DNA of 64,000 nt from Zygnema circumcarinatum SAG 698-1b (GCA_037447605.1 CM074806.1:3658001-3722000), one strand, 5' to 3'. Shown: positions 1 through 13,456, counted from the first letter of the stretch. The notes: generated by a model not told the origin, from the sequence alone. Made by a program: numbers and translations.

Positions 1-556
1 CCGCCATGGCTGCCCGGTCCCCTCCCTTCCTCCTCCGCCTCCTCCCGCGCAGCAGGAACAGCTCCCCTCTTGCTCCACCTCCTGCGCCTCCGTACCATTT
101 CGTACTGTCTATCCGTACAACACAACTGAGCAGCCATGTAAGAAATCCAGTTATATGTACGGCCGATACGGTAATCTGCAGTAGGCGCGGGATCCGCGGT
201 TACTGGCCAGTCAGAGGCTGCCATGTAAGCAGTTTTTTGTCTGTACCGAGACTCAGAAATAGAGTACAGTACTGTAAGGGAAGCAGAAAGTCAGACCGTA
301 CAATTGTCAGCGCCGGCACGCATCGGACGGCCGCCAGTCACTGACGGACCGAATGTCAACGGTTGGCCGGCGGCCTGCTCTCCGGTTCTGTCGTGCGGAA
401 CTAAACGCAGGTCGGAATACAAGGAACGGGTCAAGCAAGGCATGGAAGTTTTCGTCAGCAAACTTGGGAGTCAAAAAGTTGCAAACCTGCGATTCAAGTT
501 TTATACAGTCCTAGTGGTTTCTGAGCTTGCTTGAATTCAGTACCATATACTATATA

Positions 557-1108
557 AGGGGGGGTCAGACCTTGACCATCGCCAAACCAATTTCGTAAGC
601 CCGTCGGGCCTATTCCGCCGTGTACGGCAGGCCTTTTTCGCAAAAAGTGGCCGTTCGGCAGGTTCGGGCGCCGCGAATTCAAGAAAATAATTATTTTACC
701 TTCGTATCTCCGAGCCAGGTCTGACCCCCCCCTTTTCGCCCCGCCGCGCTCCCTCCGCCGCCCGCCGCCAACCGCCCTCCGTTTTGTCGCCACGCGCGCT
801 TCACACGTGTGAGAGGCGCTCGCGCGTGCCTGACGCGCATGGCGACAAGGCGGGGCACGATTCCTCATCGGCGGAAAGCTGGAATTTCGAAACGCAGGGC
901 CTCCGGAGGCCCTGCGTTTCGGCGAGCGGATTTCGGCGGATTTCGGAAATTTGGGGGCAATTTTGTAACCTATTCCGTAGTACGGACGGGACATGACAGG
1001 TTCGGGGGAGCCGCGGCTTCCGACCCGAAACCTGGAAACGAAATCAATACCTTTCCGTATAGGGAATCTTTGAATTTCGTAAGCGATGGTCAAGGTCTGA
1101 CCCCCCCT
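557..1108. mobile_element. ~550-bp MITE-like element with 26-bp terminal inverted repeats
   Basis: AGGGGGGGTCAGACCTTGACCATCGC at 557 and its exact reverse complement ending at 1108. Both ends are flanked by ATA (possible 3-bp TSD). No transposase ORF; a partial third TIR copy lies at ~717-732. Confidence 0.8.
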
Positions 1109-1677
1109 ATAGTCTGCTAATTGCTAATTGGGCAGCATCAATAGTAGGGAAAGATTGGAAAATGTTTCCCCCAGATTAATAATTACAATGCAGGAGCATT
1201 TCGTGGCCATCATGTAGTGAAATGGCAAGCGCTGCTTCCTCCCCATAAGTGACAGGCAGACGGAGGCACTTCCTATGAAAGCCGCTGCTCACCGGCTTGT
1301 GGGTTCAAGTGACGTTGAATTGTGAGACGAATTCATGGCAGTCCAGAATGCAGCTAGGAGTGCAAACAAAGAAATTTCCAGATTAACGCAAGTGGACAGT
1401 ACAAACCTCCCGTGGGAAAAGCCTACGAAATGGTGAAACAGTAAAAAAAAATGTGCTCTTCACATCAATTGTCGAACGTAAAGGTATTGGTAATGTTAAG
1501 GTAAGTAAGGTAAGGTAAGGCCCGAATGACAGTAAGGTTAGAAATGTAGCATGCACATGGTGAACGGGGACCCGAGCATGGACCCAACTTCTGCCTTTTG
1601 GATGCAGGAGCTGGAGGAGATAGGATGACTGGAATGGCTGTAAATCCTCAAAATGTCGTCAAGAATCAGTAGCAGTG

Positions 1678-3497
1678 TTAGCCATACGCCGCGATCCAGT
1701 TATAAAGCTCCTTCCGCATACTCCTCACGTAACTTCTACTTACTTTTTCTTTGAGAAGCTTCGCAAAATCGGAGATAGCTTTATGATTTTCATCTTTGAT
1801 CGCATTGAGAAGGAAACGACAATTCGCCAAGACATACATGCCGCAGTCGTAACCGTTTGCTTGCTGGGGAGTGGGCTCCAAAGTTAAGCGGCAATTCACA
1901 GCGCTTGGTCCTGCAGATCAACAAGGGTAGACAGATCAATGGAGGGGGTGGCAAAGCGAGACATGAAGCGGGAATAGAGGGCTAACACAAACGAATGGGA
2001 GCCCACCACTGGCTGCGGAATTGGAGGAGCAGAACATTTACCCAAGAATGGCCGAAGTACTGAAAGCAATGAGAAGGCTGCTTTGTGATTGTGGACACCT
2101 CCACTATCGAAGTGTTGGAATGTGTTTGCATCCCTGACGCCCGCTGGCCAAGTAAGCTTGGCTCAATTCCAGCCAGTGAGCACTTCTAAGAAGTTGCTCT
2201 TCGTCGTCCTATGTCCATGCGCTTGAGTTTAAAGTGCATTCAGTCACATTCCATTGTCTGCAAAATCATGCAGGAAGCTTATAGGGGCGACCTGGTCTTC
2301 GTTCTTTTCATATTTTTCAACTGACCTATTGAATAGAACTAAGCTCCAGTGCGAGCCTCCTTCAGCTGTAGTCACCGCCTCATTGTCGTTCAAAGCGAAC
2401 ATAATGAACTGTCAATGCAAAATCCCAGTTCCAGCTACCCAAAGAACATTATCTTTTCATTAATATTCATGAAAGGACAGCAATTCCTCCTTGAATTCAG
2501 GATTGACTACAACTCAGGTATGGTTAAACGTGCGGGCTACTTCAATTCTGGCTTTCATCAGACATGGAAATCAGAACGATCGACTATGGACACCCCGGAT
2601 TTCTAAATAGGAGAGGGTCTGGCTGGCCAAGAGATGGGCAAAGATGTAACTTCGTTGATGTAAGGTTTATTCATTTTTGAAGAAACACCATATTTGCTCT
2701 AGCTGACCACGCCGTATAATTCGCAGGAGAAAACCTTCCTCATGATAAATACTGCGATCAATTCCTATGCATATGAACGGAGACAACCGTTGTATAATTT
2801 TCATTGCTGAAGAAGATCGCCGATCCGACCAAGTTATAGCGTCTAGTCGCCTTCCCGCACTTGAATTTCTAATAAAAACTTTGGATATCTTAAGCTGGAA
2901 AAGAATTTTAATTTAGAGTTGAATGCCATACATACTGAATTGCCCTACATCCCTGCTGTTCAAGTCCAAGTCACGCGTGATCTCTCTCTTTTAACCGAGC
3001 CACAACACAAACACATGTGCCCCTAGAAGCTTCAGCATCATGCTGGCGTGCCTGGTATGAGGCCTCACTTTATCTAGAATTTTTTACTACCTGTATTTAG
3101 AGATGCTCTGCCTTGCTCACTCTCCCATTGAAATAGGTGTCTTTATCACTTTTGTCCATTCCCAAGTCACTGATCCTGCATCTCGCAGCCTGAAGCAGAC
3201 AAGCAGCAGCGGAAGTACCTTACGGGAGCTCATATCCAAGGAACGTGCAGTGATCCCGACATCCTCCCCTGCTGCCCCGCAGTGCAGGAGCCAGAAGGTA
3301 ACAGAGGGTCCCACAAGGAGGACATCCCGGGATACCTTCTTCTCCTTCCCCTCTTCCTCCTCCTCGAGCTGCTGTGAGAGGTGAGCAAACACAAACTCCA
3401 GAATGTTGTCATTCAGCCATAGCGGCCCTGCAAGCAGCTCCAGGTCCCCCTTACGCAGCACCACGCCCCCACAGCTTGCCACCTTCCTCTCCGCCAT
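1678..3497 (-). CDS. NEDP1: NEDD8-specific protease 1 (SENP8/DEN1, Ulp1/C48 family), 4 exons, ~228 aa
   Basis: Exons 3497-3219, 2408-2326, 2133-2042 and 1910-1678 join in phase with GT-AG. Motifs: WLNDNILEF, GGSHWSLV (catalytic His), HFDS (Asp), PQQANGYDCG (Gln/Cys). Confidence 0.93.
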
Positions 3498-3509
3498 GAC
3501 TGCCTTTCC

Positions 3510-3517
3510 AAACCCTA
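3510..3517 (+). promoter_or_regulatory. telo-box AAACCCTA in the 164-bp divergent intergenic gap
   Basis: Exact plant telo-box between the head-to-head ATGs at 3497 and 3662. Confidence 0.5.
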
Positions 3518-3661
3518 AAGCGCTCCAGGTGCCTTCCTCTCTGCCTCGTGTCGCTGCGCGCGCAACCTCTTCCCTCCGTTCTCCATCTTACCTCAACTAC
3601 TCCCTCCGATTCTCCTCCCTTCACTGCTCCTCCCTTTGCTGCTCCTCTCCCTCCACCCGCC

Positions 3662-5452
3662 ATGGTCTCTCAGCGCAGCCTGATCGCCTTTGGCCTTGTT
3701 GTTGGTATGACAGTGGGCATGCTGCTGAGTGCCTATGAGAGTCTGCATGGAGAGAGCTTTAGGAAGATAAGGAGTGGCAAGAGACGCAGTTTGGGAGGGT
3801 CTGCAGGTCGCTTTGTAATCTCTACAAGTGAAAATGAGCGATCTAAGGAGGAACGTCATGACCCGGAGTTGCCCCGGGTGTGCGGCTCGCCTGCTGTGGA
3901 TGGCTATGCTCATGTGGAGCCCAAGTGCTTGGAGAACTCACCGACTGCAACTGCATGGCGAGAGCTTCATCCTCAGGTGGGCATGATTACTTCGGTTTTC
4001 CATGCTTGGCTTGGATGTTCTTCCTGGCGAGTAGATTAGGCAGGGGAGTGGAATGCAGGTGAAGTCATGAGCTTAGCTGCTTGCAGTTATATGATTCAAC
4101 CATTACGACGTTCTAGACTTGGTGAGGGGAGGCTATATTGCAAGGCTCGCATGCACATTCACAATACGGCAAAGGTTATCGGCAAGCATAGACCTTTAAA
4201 AGGGAGCAAGCCAGTTGAACCATGTATGTCAAAGTGTGAACATTGCGACTTAGCTCTTTCTGACATTTTTGGAAATGCTCCATTGAGATCTTCGGAAATG
4301 TCCACCACCTGAAGAGCAACTTTGGCTTTCAGCGCTTCATCTACCAGAGATTCAGGATAAAGATGATTCAGAAGGACTCAAAAAAAGGAAAAGTGGAAAG
4401 TGCAGTCGCCTTATGTCATTCCAGGGAATTAGTCGGCACACTATCGACACACACTGTTATGCTGTTCATCCTGTCGAATTGACATAGACTAGCAAATTCG
4501 AGGTTCCGTCACTTCCATCTTCTTGAGGAGAACAGATTGTGTTGAATTGTGGTTAGTTACATGAGTTCTGCTCGCCAACTAGACTTGTAATGTAAACATG
4601 GAAGTATAGGAGCCTTTTATCCGTTTCGAGAGAGCCCTCAAGTACTAGAGATTTGAGTGTGTTTACGTTTCTGTGGCCGCATCATGCGATCTGCATTGCT
4701 CGTTGAGGGCAATCCTCAAAGGCTTACGGGCTCTCCAGCAGCGGCATCAGCAGTATAGTGTACGGTTGAGGCACATCACAATTAACATATATTCACGTGG
4801 TTGTGCAAGTATTGACATGTATCAACTCGTGGTTTCAGGGTGGCAAGAGTGGTGAAAATCTAGAATGCAACCTTGAGTTTGGAGTGAGCATCGATGGCTT
4901 GGCTGTCGGATGGGGCATCGGCAACAAGAAGGACACTCCGCTGGAATGCTGTCAAGCTTGCAGGTGAAACGCTAAGCTGACATAATATGGTCATTCCTTC
5001 GCATTATACTTGCTAATCGGTTCATCGGCTTCAGACTCTCCTCCTTTTATTGAACAGATGCAGTTCAGCGTGCAGTTTCAATATTCTGTGAACGATTGTT
5101 TGTTTCTTACAAGATTCCTTTAAATTTTGTGACTTTTGATGTCTGCAGGGATCATGTACCTGGCCCGCATGTAGGAGGCCCTTTCCAGAACCTCCCGTGT
5201 AATGTGTGGGTATACTGCGACGCAGAAGTATGCTATGAGGCTGATGCTCACCATCACACAAAAGGCGATTGCTGGTTGAAGTTCTCAGAGGCCCCTCAGT
5301 CTCCAGAGATCAATGCAAGAGGAAAATTCAATGAAGACTTTAAAATGCGACATCCCGACGCCCCTGAGAGCTGTCAGTGGATCAGCGGTTCCCTGGTCCC
5401 CCCTGGCCAAAAGCTGACCAATGGGACCTGGGGACCACGGGCCTCGTGGTGA
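3662..5452 (+). CDS. Uncharacterised PAN/apple-like domain protein with N-terminal TM/signal anchor, 3 exons, ~247 aa
   Basis: Exons 3662-3976, 4839-4963 and 5149-5452 are phase-consistent. Hydrophobic N-terminus (LIAFGLVVGMTVGMLL) and Cys pattern ECCQAC...CNVWVYC...CWLK typical of plant apple/PAN-type proteins. Confidence 0.75.
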
Positions 5453-6484
5453 CCCTTAAAAGCCTTTAGGTCGATCCTTATATCAACTTTGGTGCTGTAC
5501 ATTTTTTTCCTTTTTGAGAAACGTTCAGAAAGGATTACTGAGCTGATGACGTTACAAGATTTGAAAACGGATTTGCATAGTTATTCGCCTACAAATTATG
5601 TCTGGTTTTGAAGCGAATAGTCTTGCCCTGTACTCAGTTGCCTAAGTGCATAATTATGGCTATTTTTTAACTAAACTGGCCGGCTGCACTAGTTGCCGCA
5701 TTGGTACACTTCTCCTGTTAGCGGGAGGGAACGTTTTTGTTACCTTCAACTTCATTTGCGCATGTTCTTGGGTTATCCTCCCCCTTTTAACATGGTGGTT
5801 ATTCCTGTTTCAACCTTCTGTACCCGTATCAGTCTAAACATCCTCTGTTGGACGCAGGTGAAACTCAGCAGTCTCGAGGTTCTCACCTCTGATCTCAATG
5901 TGCTTTTTAGAATATCAATATTTAATGAGTTCAACCGCTCTTGCTGTTTGGAGCCATTGAAACTCGAAAACAAATTAGAAGAAAAGAAGAACAAGGGCCA
6001 CAAAAAACAGCCGTCAAACCACCAAACTATGTATAAAGAACTTGACGAATTCTCAATCCATTGTAAGGGACCGCTAAGTGGAGTTTCGAATTGTCTCTAG
6101 GTCTCTGTGTGTTAACAAAAGAAACTGCCCCTCTACGCTACCGCTAACCCTAAAGGACTTCAGCTGCTCAAGAGAGACGATTTTCACTTTCCCACTCCCA
6201 GATCCCAAAACAGAGACAATGAAGAGGCCTGTTGAAACACAGATGTTTCTCAAAGAATTGTTGTTCAATTCACATCACTCTGAGAGCTCGATCTAGGCAA
6301 GTTCCTATCTGACACTGCCATTGAAAACGCCTCTGCACGCCTAAACAGAATGAAAGACTGACATTCAGTCAGCCTTCGCCAATTACCTGAAATCATCATC
6401 CTGCAGCTGAGGACTTCAAAATAATTTTTTGCAGAAAGAGTACAACACTGTATATATCGCCCATGGAATGCGTAGTACGTCCAA

Positions 6485-8496
6485 TTACTTCTTCTTTCCC
6501 ACCTTACCTTCCTTGCGTCTGACAACCTCACCATCATACCGAATACCTTTACCCTTGTAAGGCTCAGGCTTTCTCCAACTCCTTATGTTTGCTGAAAAGT
6601 CACCCACTGCAACTTTGTCACGTCCTGACACTGTAACTCTCGTGTTGTCCTCTACTTTCACGGATAGGCCGTCTGGAATGGGCATGCGGACCTGAAATCA
6701 ACAAACAAGGCCACATCAGCACGTCTGTCTCTGATCAAATTTCCCACTAACAGCACGGGTCTGCTCGAACGCGCTGTCTGCCTCCATACCTTGTTCAACT
6801 CCCTTAGATAAAACGTACGTTATAAAACAAAGAAACATCTAATAGAACAATCCAATGTACTTCGAAGATGCCTAGACAACTAACTCAGTACTCTGAGAAT
6901 GAAACATAAGTGAATCAGAGCATTGAGGTAGCGTAGCAAATCAGGCATGTATTTACCATTACTGTCTACAGCTTGCCAGCCATTTATCCTTTCGAGGCAA
7001 CAGAGCCATGACACAGTTATTGAAATTATTTCAAGTCAGCAACAACTACTATTATAATAAGCTGGATGCCAAAAAACCCAGTAATTGCACCATAATGATG
7101 GGCCAGAGTGGTGCATCTGCCAAAATTTGTAACGTACAGGGTTAAAAAAACCGAGATTGAGCACAAGTGTGTCCTTGTCCACAGCAGCACGATATCCGAC
7201 ACCAATCAGTTGCATCTTCTTCTCAAAACCTTTCTCCACACCCGATATCATATTGGAGGTCAAAGTCCTGTGAAGCCCATCACATCCCGCCCGCCCATGA
7301 GGGTCTATAACATACAAGCATATTTAGATTGTGACGATCAGATTAGTTCCCACATCGTTGCAAAGTTTCACGAGAATAAGTTGCGCATCTTCAAAACCTA
7401 ACGAATTCGTTGAATCGATCCCGATTAACCCAGCCTACCAAAATTCTGCTTCTAAGGGTGCAGTAAAAAGTCCCTCCAACCGCCTTGCACAATCTTCTCG
7501 TTACTACAGTTCATACCACAATATCCAATTGGAACATCATCAGCCCTTGAGTCAACTCCCAATGTAACAGTGCGTTCTACAGATAACTTTGCAGGGCTTG
7601 AACACCGTTCAAACCTTGAAACGCAGATAGGTTGCCGCCTTACCGGAAAAGACCATGCATTTCCCTGGCTCGTCTCGTGTCTGTCGATCGAGCCACCTTG
7701 ATTACATTGCCCTCCTGTGTCAACAGAACTTCACTCGGATACTCGCGATGAAGCTCCCCTAGAGGTCCCTTAACGCTCAGGTTTTGTCCTTCCAGCTTCA
7801 CTGTGACACCGTTCGGGATAGCAATTGGTGCCTTCCCAATACGAGACTCTTTGCAGACAATGCGAAGGCTGGGGAGGGCCTCATGGCCTGGGCGACTGGC
7901 TCCTCCCGGAAGGCGAAGGGCGGAGGGACACAGGGAACCCAAACTGCAACAAGAAACACAAGAAGAAAACCTCAGAGCGAAATTCGTGGAAGACAACCTC
8001 ATGCCCTGTTGCCAGACAATTTAGAAGGAAATCAAATTTCCCTTCTTTGGTGTAGACGTGGCAACTGACTCGAGTGGACCCGCTGAAAAATGCAAGGTAA
8101 ACTCGAGGACCTAGTGGATCATCTGGCGACAGCAGTCCAAAGCAGGATACTACAAAATGAAAACCTACAATTGCTAGGTATGGGGCAATGCACTCAGTTT
8201 CCAATAATTCAATCGACTACCAGATTCTCAATGACAAGATTCCATAACAACCAATTTCGATAAACCACTGTCTCACGTATTTGCCAACTACTCTCAAGAT
8301 GAATTGAGAAATGCGCCATCTTCCCCATGAGAAGCAAAATACTAAAATCCATGGATGACAAAAGGGACAGGACGGGGTTCAAGCCGTAGCTCAAGACTTT
8401 AGCTCACCTCGCGGCCCGCAAGGCCTCCAGCGGCCTCTCCCGCGTCATATGGCCATAGCTGCAAGTGGCAATCGAGGAGGTGGCGAGCGCATCCAT
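6485..8496 (-). CDS. RPL6: Nuclear-encoded plastid 50S ribosomal protein L6 with transit peptide, 4 exons
   Basis: [25 protein letters not shown] and [13 protein letters not shown] uL6 signatures. The Ser/Ala-rich leader MDALATSS... (8496-8408) splices in phase 2 to the exon at ~7943. Confidence 0.93.
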
Positions 8497-8597
8497 GGCG
8501 GAAGCCCAGCGCGCAGAGAAGCGCCCAGAGTGAGTGAGGGCGCGAGAGAGAGGGCCCCTGCGAAGGCGGCCGCTGGGCCTTATCCTCTCTCTTTTGC

Positions 8598-8863
8598 AAA
8601 CCCTAAAGCACCACGTGTTCGCTGCTTCACCTTACGGTGGTTTAACGGAACGACTTTCAGTTGAACTGTAATAGAACTCGCTTTGTTAAACGGGGAAACT
8701 CTTACTGGAACAAAACTAGTTTACTGGTAACGGAAATTAGCACATAGAATGATAGGCTTGCGACGAGCCTAGGGCTGACACGTGGCGAGGGAGGTCTGCC
8801 CTGTGGACTGCCGACTGGACTCGGAGGGGCGCCACATGGCGGCCTCAGAGAGCCTCTAGGGTT
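8598..8863. promoter_or_regulatory. Divergent RPL6/PEX16 promoter with telo-boxes and G-boxes
   Basis: AAACCCTA at 8598, TAGGGTT at 8857, CACGTG at ~8612 and ~8779. Confidence 0.45.
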
Positions 8864-8908
8864 GCGGATCTCTCACGGAGGAGGGGGCGGCCTCCTGTGA
8901 TGTGAGCC

Positions 8909-11900
8909 ATGGCGGTCCGGCGCTTCATGGAGCAGTATGCATCTTTTGTACGCAGCAACCGACAATGGCTGACTTCTGTAGAGAGCGCTGCCAACGTAAG
9001 TGGCTGGGGAAGTTAGAGCTGTGCCTCTGCTTGGCATTCGAGCTGGTTATGCTGGAAGGGATCGGAGGGTTGTGGGGGGGGGGGGCGGAAGGGAGGGATG
9101 GGAAACGAGGAGGGGAGGGACGGGAAGATTGTATTTCTTGAAGTTTTGATTTACAGGATATGCACTTGCAGCAGAAAAACTCTCGTGCAAGGCATATGCA
9201 GTACCTCAATTTCCATTTGAATCTAGCTCTTTATGAGGCTATGCGAGAGGGCTTGATGTGAGGGATGTGGATGGAATAAAGAGCTTGAATAAAGCTCAAA
9301 TTTGAATGAGGTCATTTACAGCTGTACTTCGTGGAAGGTTCGAGGCTATCAATTTTAAAGTGACTAATCCGTTGTGCGCCGTCGCCAAATTGAGACGTTA
9401 GCTATTTTAATCGTATGGAGGAGGGCACAAGACCATCAACGCTGAAGGGATTAGCGCTTATGGCATATCACATTGTTTGAGACTCCATACACGATGATGA
9501 ATTTCGATCTCTGACATCCTTTTTCCGCTGCTTTTGCAGACGCTCACATGGCTGCTACCGGAACGCTTTGCCAGCTCTGAACTTGCACCAGAGCTTTGTA
9601 AGCTGCAAGTTAGTGTGCCCACGGCTGTTAGTGCTGCATGTTGCCAGAACGCATGAAGGCTTTGAGAAGATTGCTCCTGAAAGAGAACTGCTTCACTATC
9701 TTTACATTGCCCATACTCCTGACGAGGAAAGGAATTTGCTTCATGGTGTTATTGCTGGGAAAGGAGGAAGAGGGATCAACACATGATGGTAGAAACAGTT
9801 GCGCTTTCCACAAGATTGCGAGCAGTTGCGACATTTTAGATAGGTTGTGTTCATGTTGTTGGGCATGCTTTTGCCTCCATCTGAGCACACCCTTTCAGTC
9901 ATGACGTTTGCTCCTAGATCAATTCGACTTGGAATGGACTATGTCAAACAACTTGTGGAATGCACAAGGTCTAGATGTAAGAGGTTTGCATCCCTAGACA
10001 TTGTTGTTATCCAATAGCGTGCCTATCAAAAGTTGGCAATCTAACTTCATGAGCTCGAGTTGTAATCAGTTGCTGATGATTGACTGACTGACATGATCGA
10101 CAATGTCGTATGCCTTGCAGTGTCGTCAGTCATTGGCCTATTCTCTGTCCTCAACCAGCACATTGCGGATACTCCAGCTCCCAATCCTCACGCAAGTAGG
10201 GCGGACACGAAGCAGGCAGGTGGCAGCGCGGTGCCATGGGCTCTCCTTGTTGCAGTCGTAAAGGAGACGGAGGTTCTTGGAGAAATTGCAGCTGAAACAT
10301 ATCTCGGAGAGCAGGGAAAATGGCAGCCTATCGCCTGCATCGAAGCTGTGAAGTAGGCTTTCATGACCCTTTATCCTTGTCCAAAGTGGGGCAGAATTCA
10401 GTTTTAATACACGGGAGGATGATGCATCAGACTAGTATGTTGTACTATGTGAACACTTTTCGCTGTGTACTGCATCGATGTCATTGATTGGCCTGTTATT
10501 TGACTGCGATTGTTGTCCTGTGATGTAGGGCCCTGCTCCGAATACTGATTCTACATAAGTACGGTTACAAAATGCTTCTCGATGGTGGTCAAACGGCGAA
10601 TGATGATGCCCCTCCAGACATACCTGACCAGACTGATTCTCGAGATGCCGCTCTGGGAGGGCAGGGGGGGCCCAACCGGTTTTGGGAGGATGAAAGCGGG
10701 CGGCGGACAAGAGAGACACGTTCGATGTACGATGCTGAAGGGGCCAGTCGGTTGAATGGGCAAGTTGGACGAGGAGACCATGCTTGGCATCATATGGGAA
10801 GGGGCGAGCATTTAGGAGGGAGGAGTGGAGTAGCTATGCATGCTTTGTCAAGATTTAGGTCAAAAGTGGGGGATGACCTACCTCAACAGTCGCAGAGTGC
10901 AAAAAGCAGCTTTGCTCCGGCATCTCTGAGGCTACCTGGTGGTTCTATGAATGGAGTAGATGAAGCGGACGTACGCAAGAAGCCTGCACATTCATTTGAA
11001 GAGACTCCAACTGTAGAGTATCCAATAAACAATTTGCAGGCAAAAAGTCAGTCGTTTTTTAGGCAGGATCATTTCGTGCCAACTTCGTTCTTCTCCACTC
11101 CTTCCATTTCCCATCCTTCGCCGTGGAACAGCTCTCCTGCCATGCCCTCCCGTAACTTTGGTCCTACTCCTGAGTTTGCTTATCCTTCCGCTAAGTGCAC
11201 AGCAGAAGCGCGCGACCACGATACAAAGCCCAAGGAAGGGGGGACTGAGAAGTCGGCCTTACCTCAATGGTTGAAGAACGCCCAAGTAGCAGCAGAAATC
11301 CTCCACATCTTCAGACCATTAGTCTACGTCCTCCTCGTACGCAAGTATGGGAAAAAATCATGGCGTCCGTGGTTGCTATCTGCTGCCATGGATCTGAGCA
11401 GTTTAGCTCTCACATGGAAAGCTGACAATTTAATGAAAGAGATGAAGATAGGCGAAAGCAGCAGAGATCCAAGAATGCTTCAATGTGAGAGAGACGAGGT
11501 ACATTCTGTCTCCCACCTTACCCTAGGCAGAGCTTTAGGACGGTGATTTCATGTTATGGGGCTTGAGAAGAGAAAGAGCCAATGGCAAAATGATATGCTC
11601 TTTAATTGTTTTTGAATTCTACCATTTTGCGTTTTCTCGGGCCTCGTCTCTATTTGTTCTTCCATTTGTTCCTTCTGCAACACTCGGAATATGCTTGGGT
11701 CACCGGATGTTTTGGCCCCGCATGCAGATTAGAAGAAGGCAGATGCTGCTCGCTCTCTACCTCATGCGCAGCCCCTGCTTTGAGACCGTTACAAGGTAAA
11801 GGAAGCTGATTTCATATGTTGTATGGTGCCATGAAGTGGCATGATACGGAGTTAAGATAACGTCATGGATAGAAAGCTGTTTCACTTATTAGCCTTACAA

Positions 11901-12569
11901 GGAGAGTTGTGACGCGATACCTATGGTAGGTGGCCACAAGGTTTTGTGACTGAATCCTAGAAGGCTGAGAGCAGTTCATGGGGTAAAAGTTATTAGGTCA
12001 CTTGATATGTGAACTGGTCATCACAGTTCGAGAAATGCCATGATGGCTGTGTTGGTGATCAGAAGAGATCTCAAGCTCTGACCAAAATCGGCTGACTGGC
12101 AGACCCTTCGATTTTTTCTTGCGATGTTCAGGAAACCGCTGACAGGAATCCAGAGTATCTTGAAGCCATTGCCTCTTATCGGGACTCTTGCAGGTGATAT
12201 TCACTTTTGAATTTTTTTTCCAAGTTTTGGAGTCATTTTTGCAAAGCCATTTGTGTGGCAGAGGAATGCGTGGAACAGAAGCCGCTTGCCGGTTCTTACG
12301 GAAAGTCCAATCAACTGTTGCTTTGGTCTGACTCATTTTGGACTGTAGTGATTGGCAGTCATCTGGTACATTTACGTTGTCGTTTTTTCTTTATGTTGTG
12401 AGTCTATTGTTTCTGGCTTGCACGTAGGCATGCCCGAGGTTGGTGTTTCTGGAGTGGTGAAGAGGACGAGCTGATAAAGAACTTTTGTGGGCATGGGATG
12501 GGCGCAGAGAAAGCGTCTGATCTGTTAATGGGCATTCAAAGCTACTACTTCTACACCGCTGCATCATAA
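8909..12569 (+). CDS. PEX16: Peroxisome biogenesis protein 16 (SSE1-like), 7 exons
   Basis: MEQYASFVRSNR...TLTWLLPERFASSELAPE...YKMLLDGG...AEILHIFRPLVY...RRRQMLLALYLMRSP...YYFYTAAS* is collinear with plant PEX16 as I recall it. Splice phases are consistent. Confidence 0.9.
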
Positions 12570-13456
12570 GGAGTCCCCCCGTTTGTTCAACGCCTTCACA
12601 TTTGTCTGAAGCACAAGAAAGGGCATTCAAGTGGTTCCTCGCCGTGATGGATCGATAATAATGCATACAAGCGGTAGAAGAAGAAGAAACCTGGTGACGT
12701 TAAGGCAAGAAGATTTTTTTAGAGCCGTTTGCTTGAATTGGAGACGATAGACTAAACCAACGGCGGGATCGATTTGAGATTTCTGGGGCGCCTCGTATCC
12801 TCTTTGCAGCCCTCCTGCCGCGCCATCAGGAGCCTTTCGGCAACTTTGAAATCTCTCACTTTCGGCCCTCTATAGTCTCTCCAGTGTAAAAATAGAAAAG
12901 AAAATAGAGAGCATATCCTTTTGTAACTTCCCTGTGTTTAATGAGAAAGTTTCTTCCAGATCTGTGCGACATCAACACACGACCCTGACCCTGATTACCT
13001 CTTTTGTCAAGACACAAAGTCTATACGAAATTTTCCCCCACGTGATGTCGTTCTTTTTTCTACAAGGAAACGAACACTGATTTTAGCGCGCATCACAATG
13101 ACTAAGACAGTGCTGCGCTCTCAACGATAATGAACTCTCCATAGAGGCGCTCGCTCGGCTCGGCTCAAAGGACGAACAGGCAAAAGGCTCGGAAGCGGTC
13201 CGCGCACTCACAAAGGTCTCTGGGCGCGTACTCGCACAATGCAACTCACCTTCCATGTGTCCTCCGTCCTGTCGGATCTTTACGGCGTTGCCATGCCTGT
13301 GATTTGCGATACTTCCGTGTTCCAACGCTACCGCGTGATTCCATGCCGACATTCAAAACCAGGCAGGAGAGCGCGAAAGGCAGTCCCTGGTCCTGAGGCT
13401 GCTGAGGGAGAGAGGGAGGGGTGGTGGGAGGGAGGCGGTGGGAGGGGGGGGAGGTT

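Noticed and set aside
1-90. Gene start at the window edge (CCGCCATGGC reads as ATG on either strand)
   Set aside because: The plus-strand ORF is low-complexity and a minus-strand gene would run out of the window; it cannot be supported.
7138-7152. RPL6 reads GFFNP where GFSHP is usual
   Set aside because: It lies in a T7 homopolymer with the frame intact; ordinary divergence or a base error cannot be separated, and nuclear C-to-U editing is not expected.
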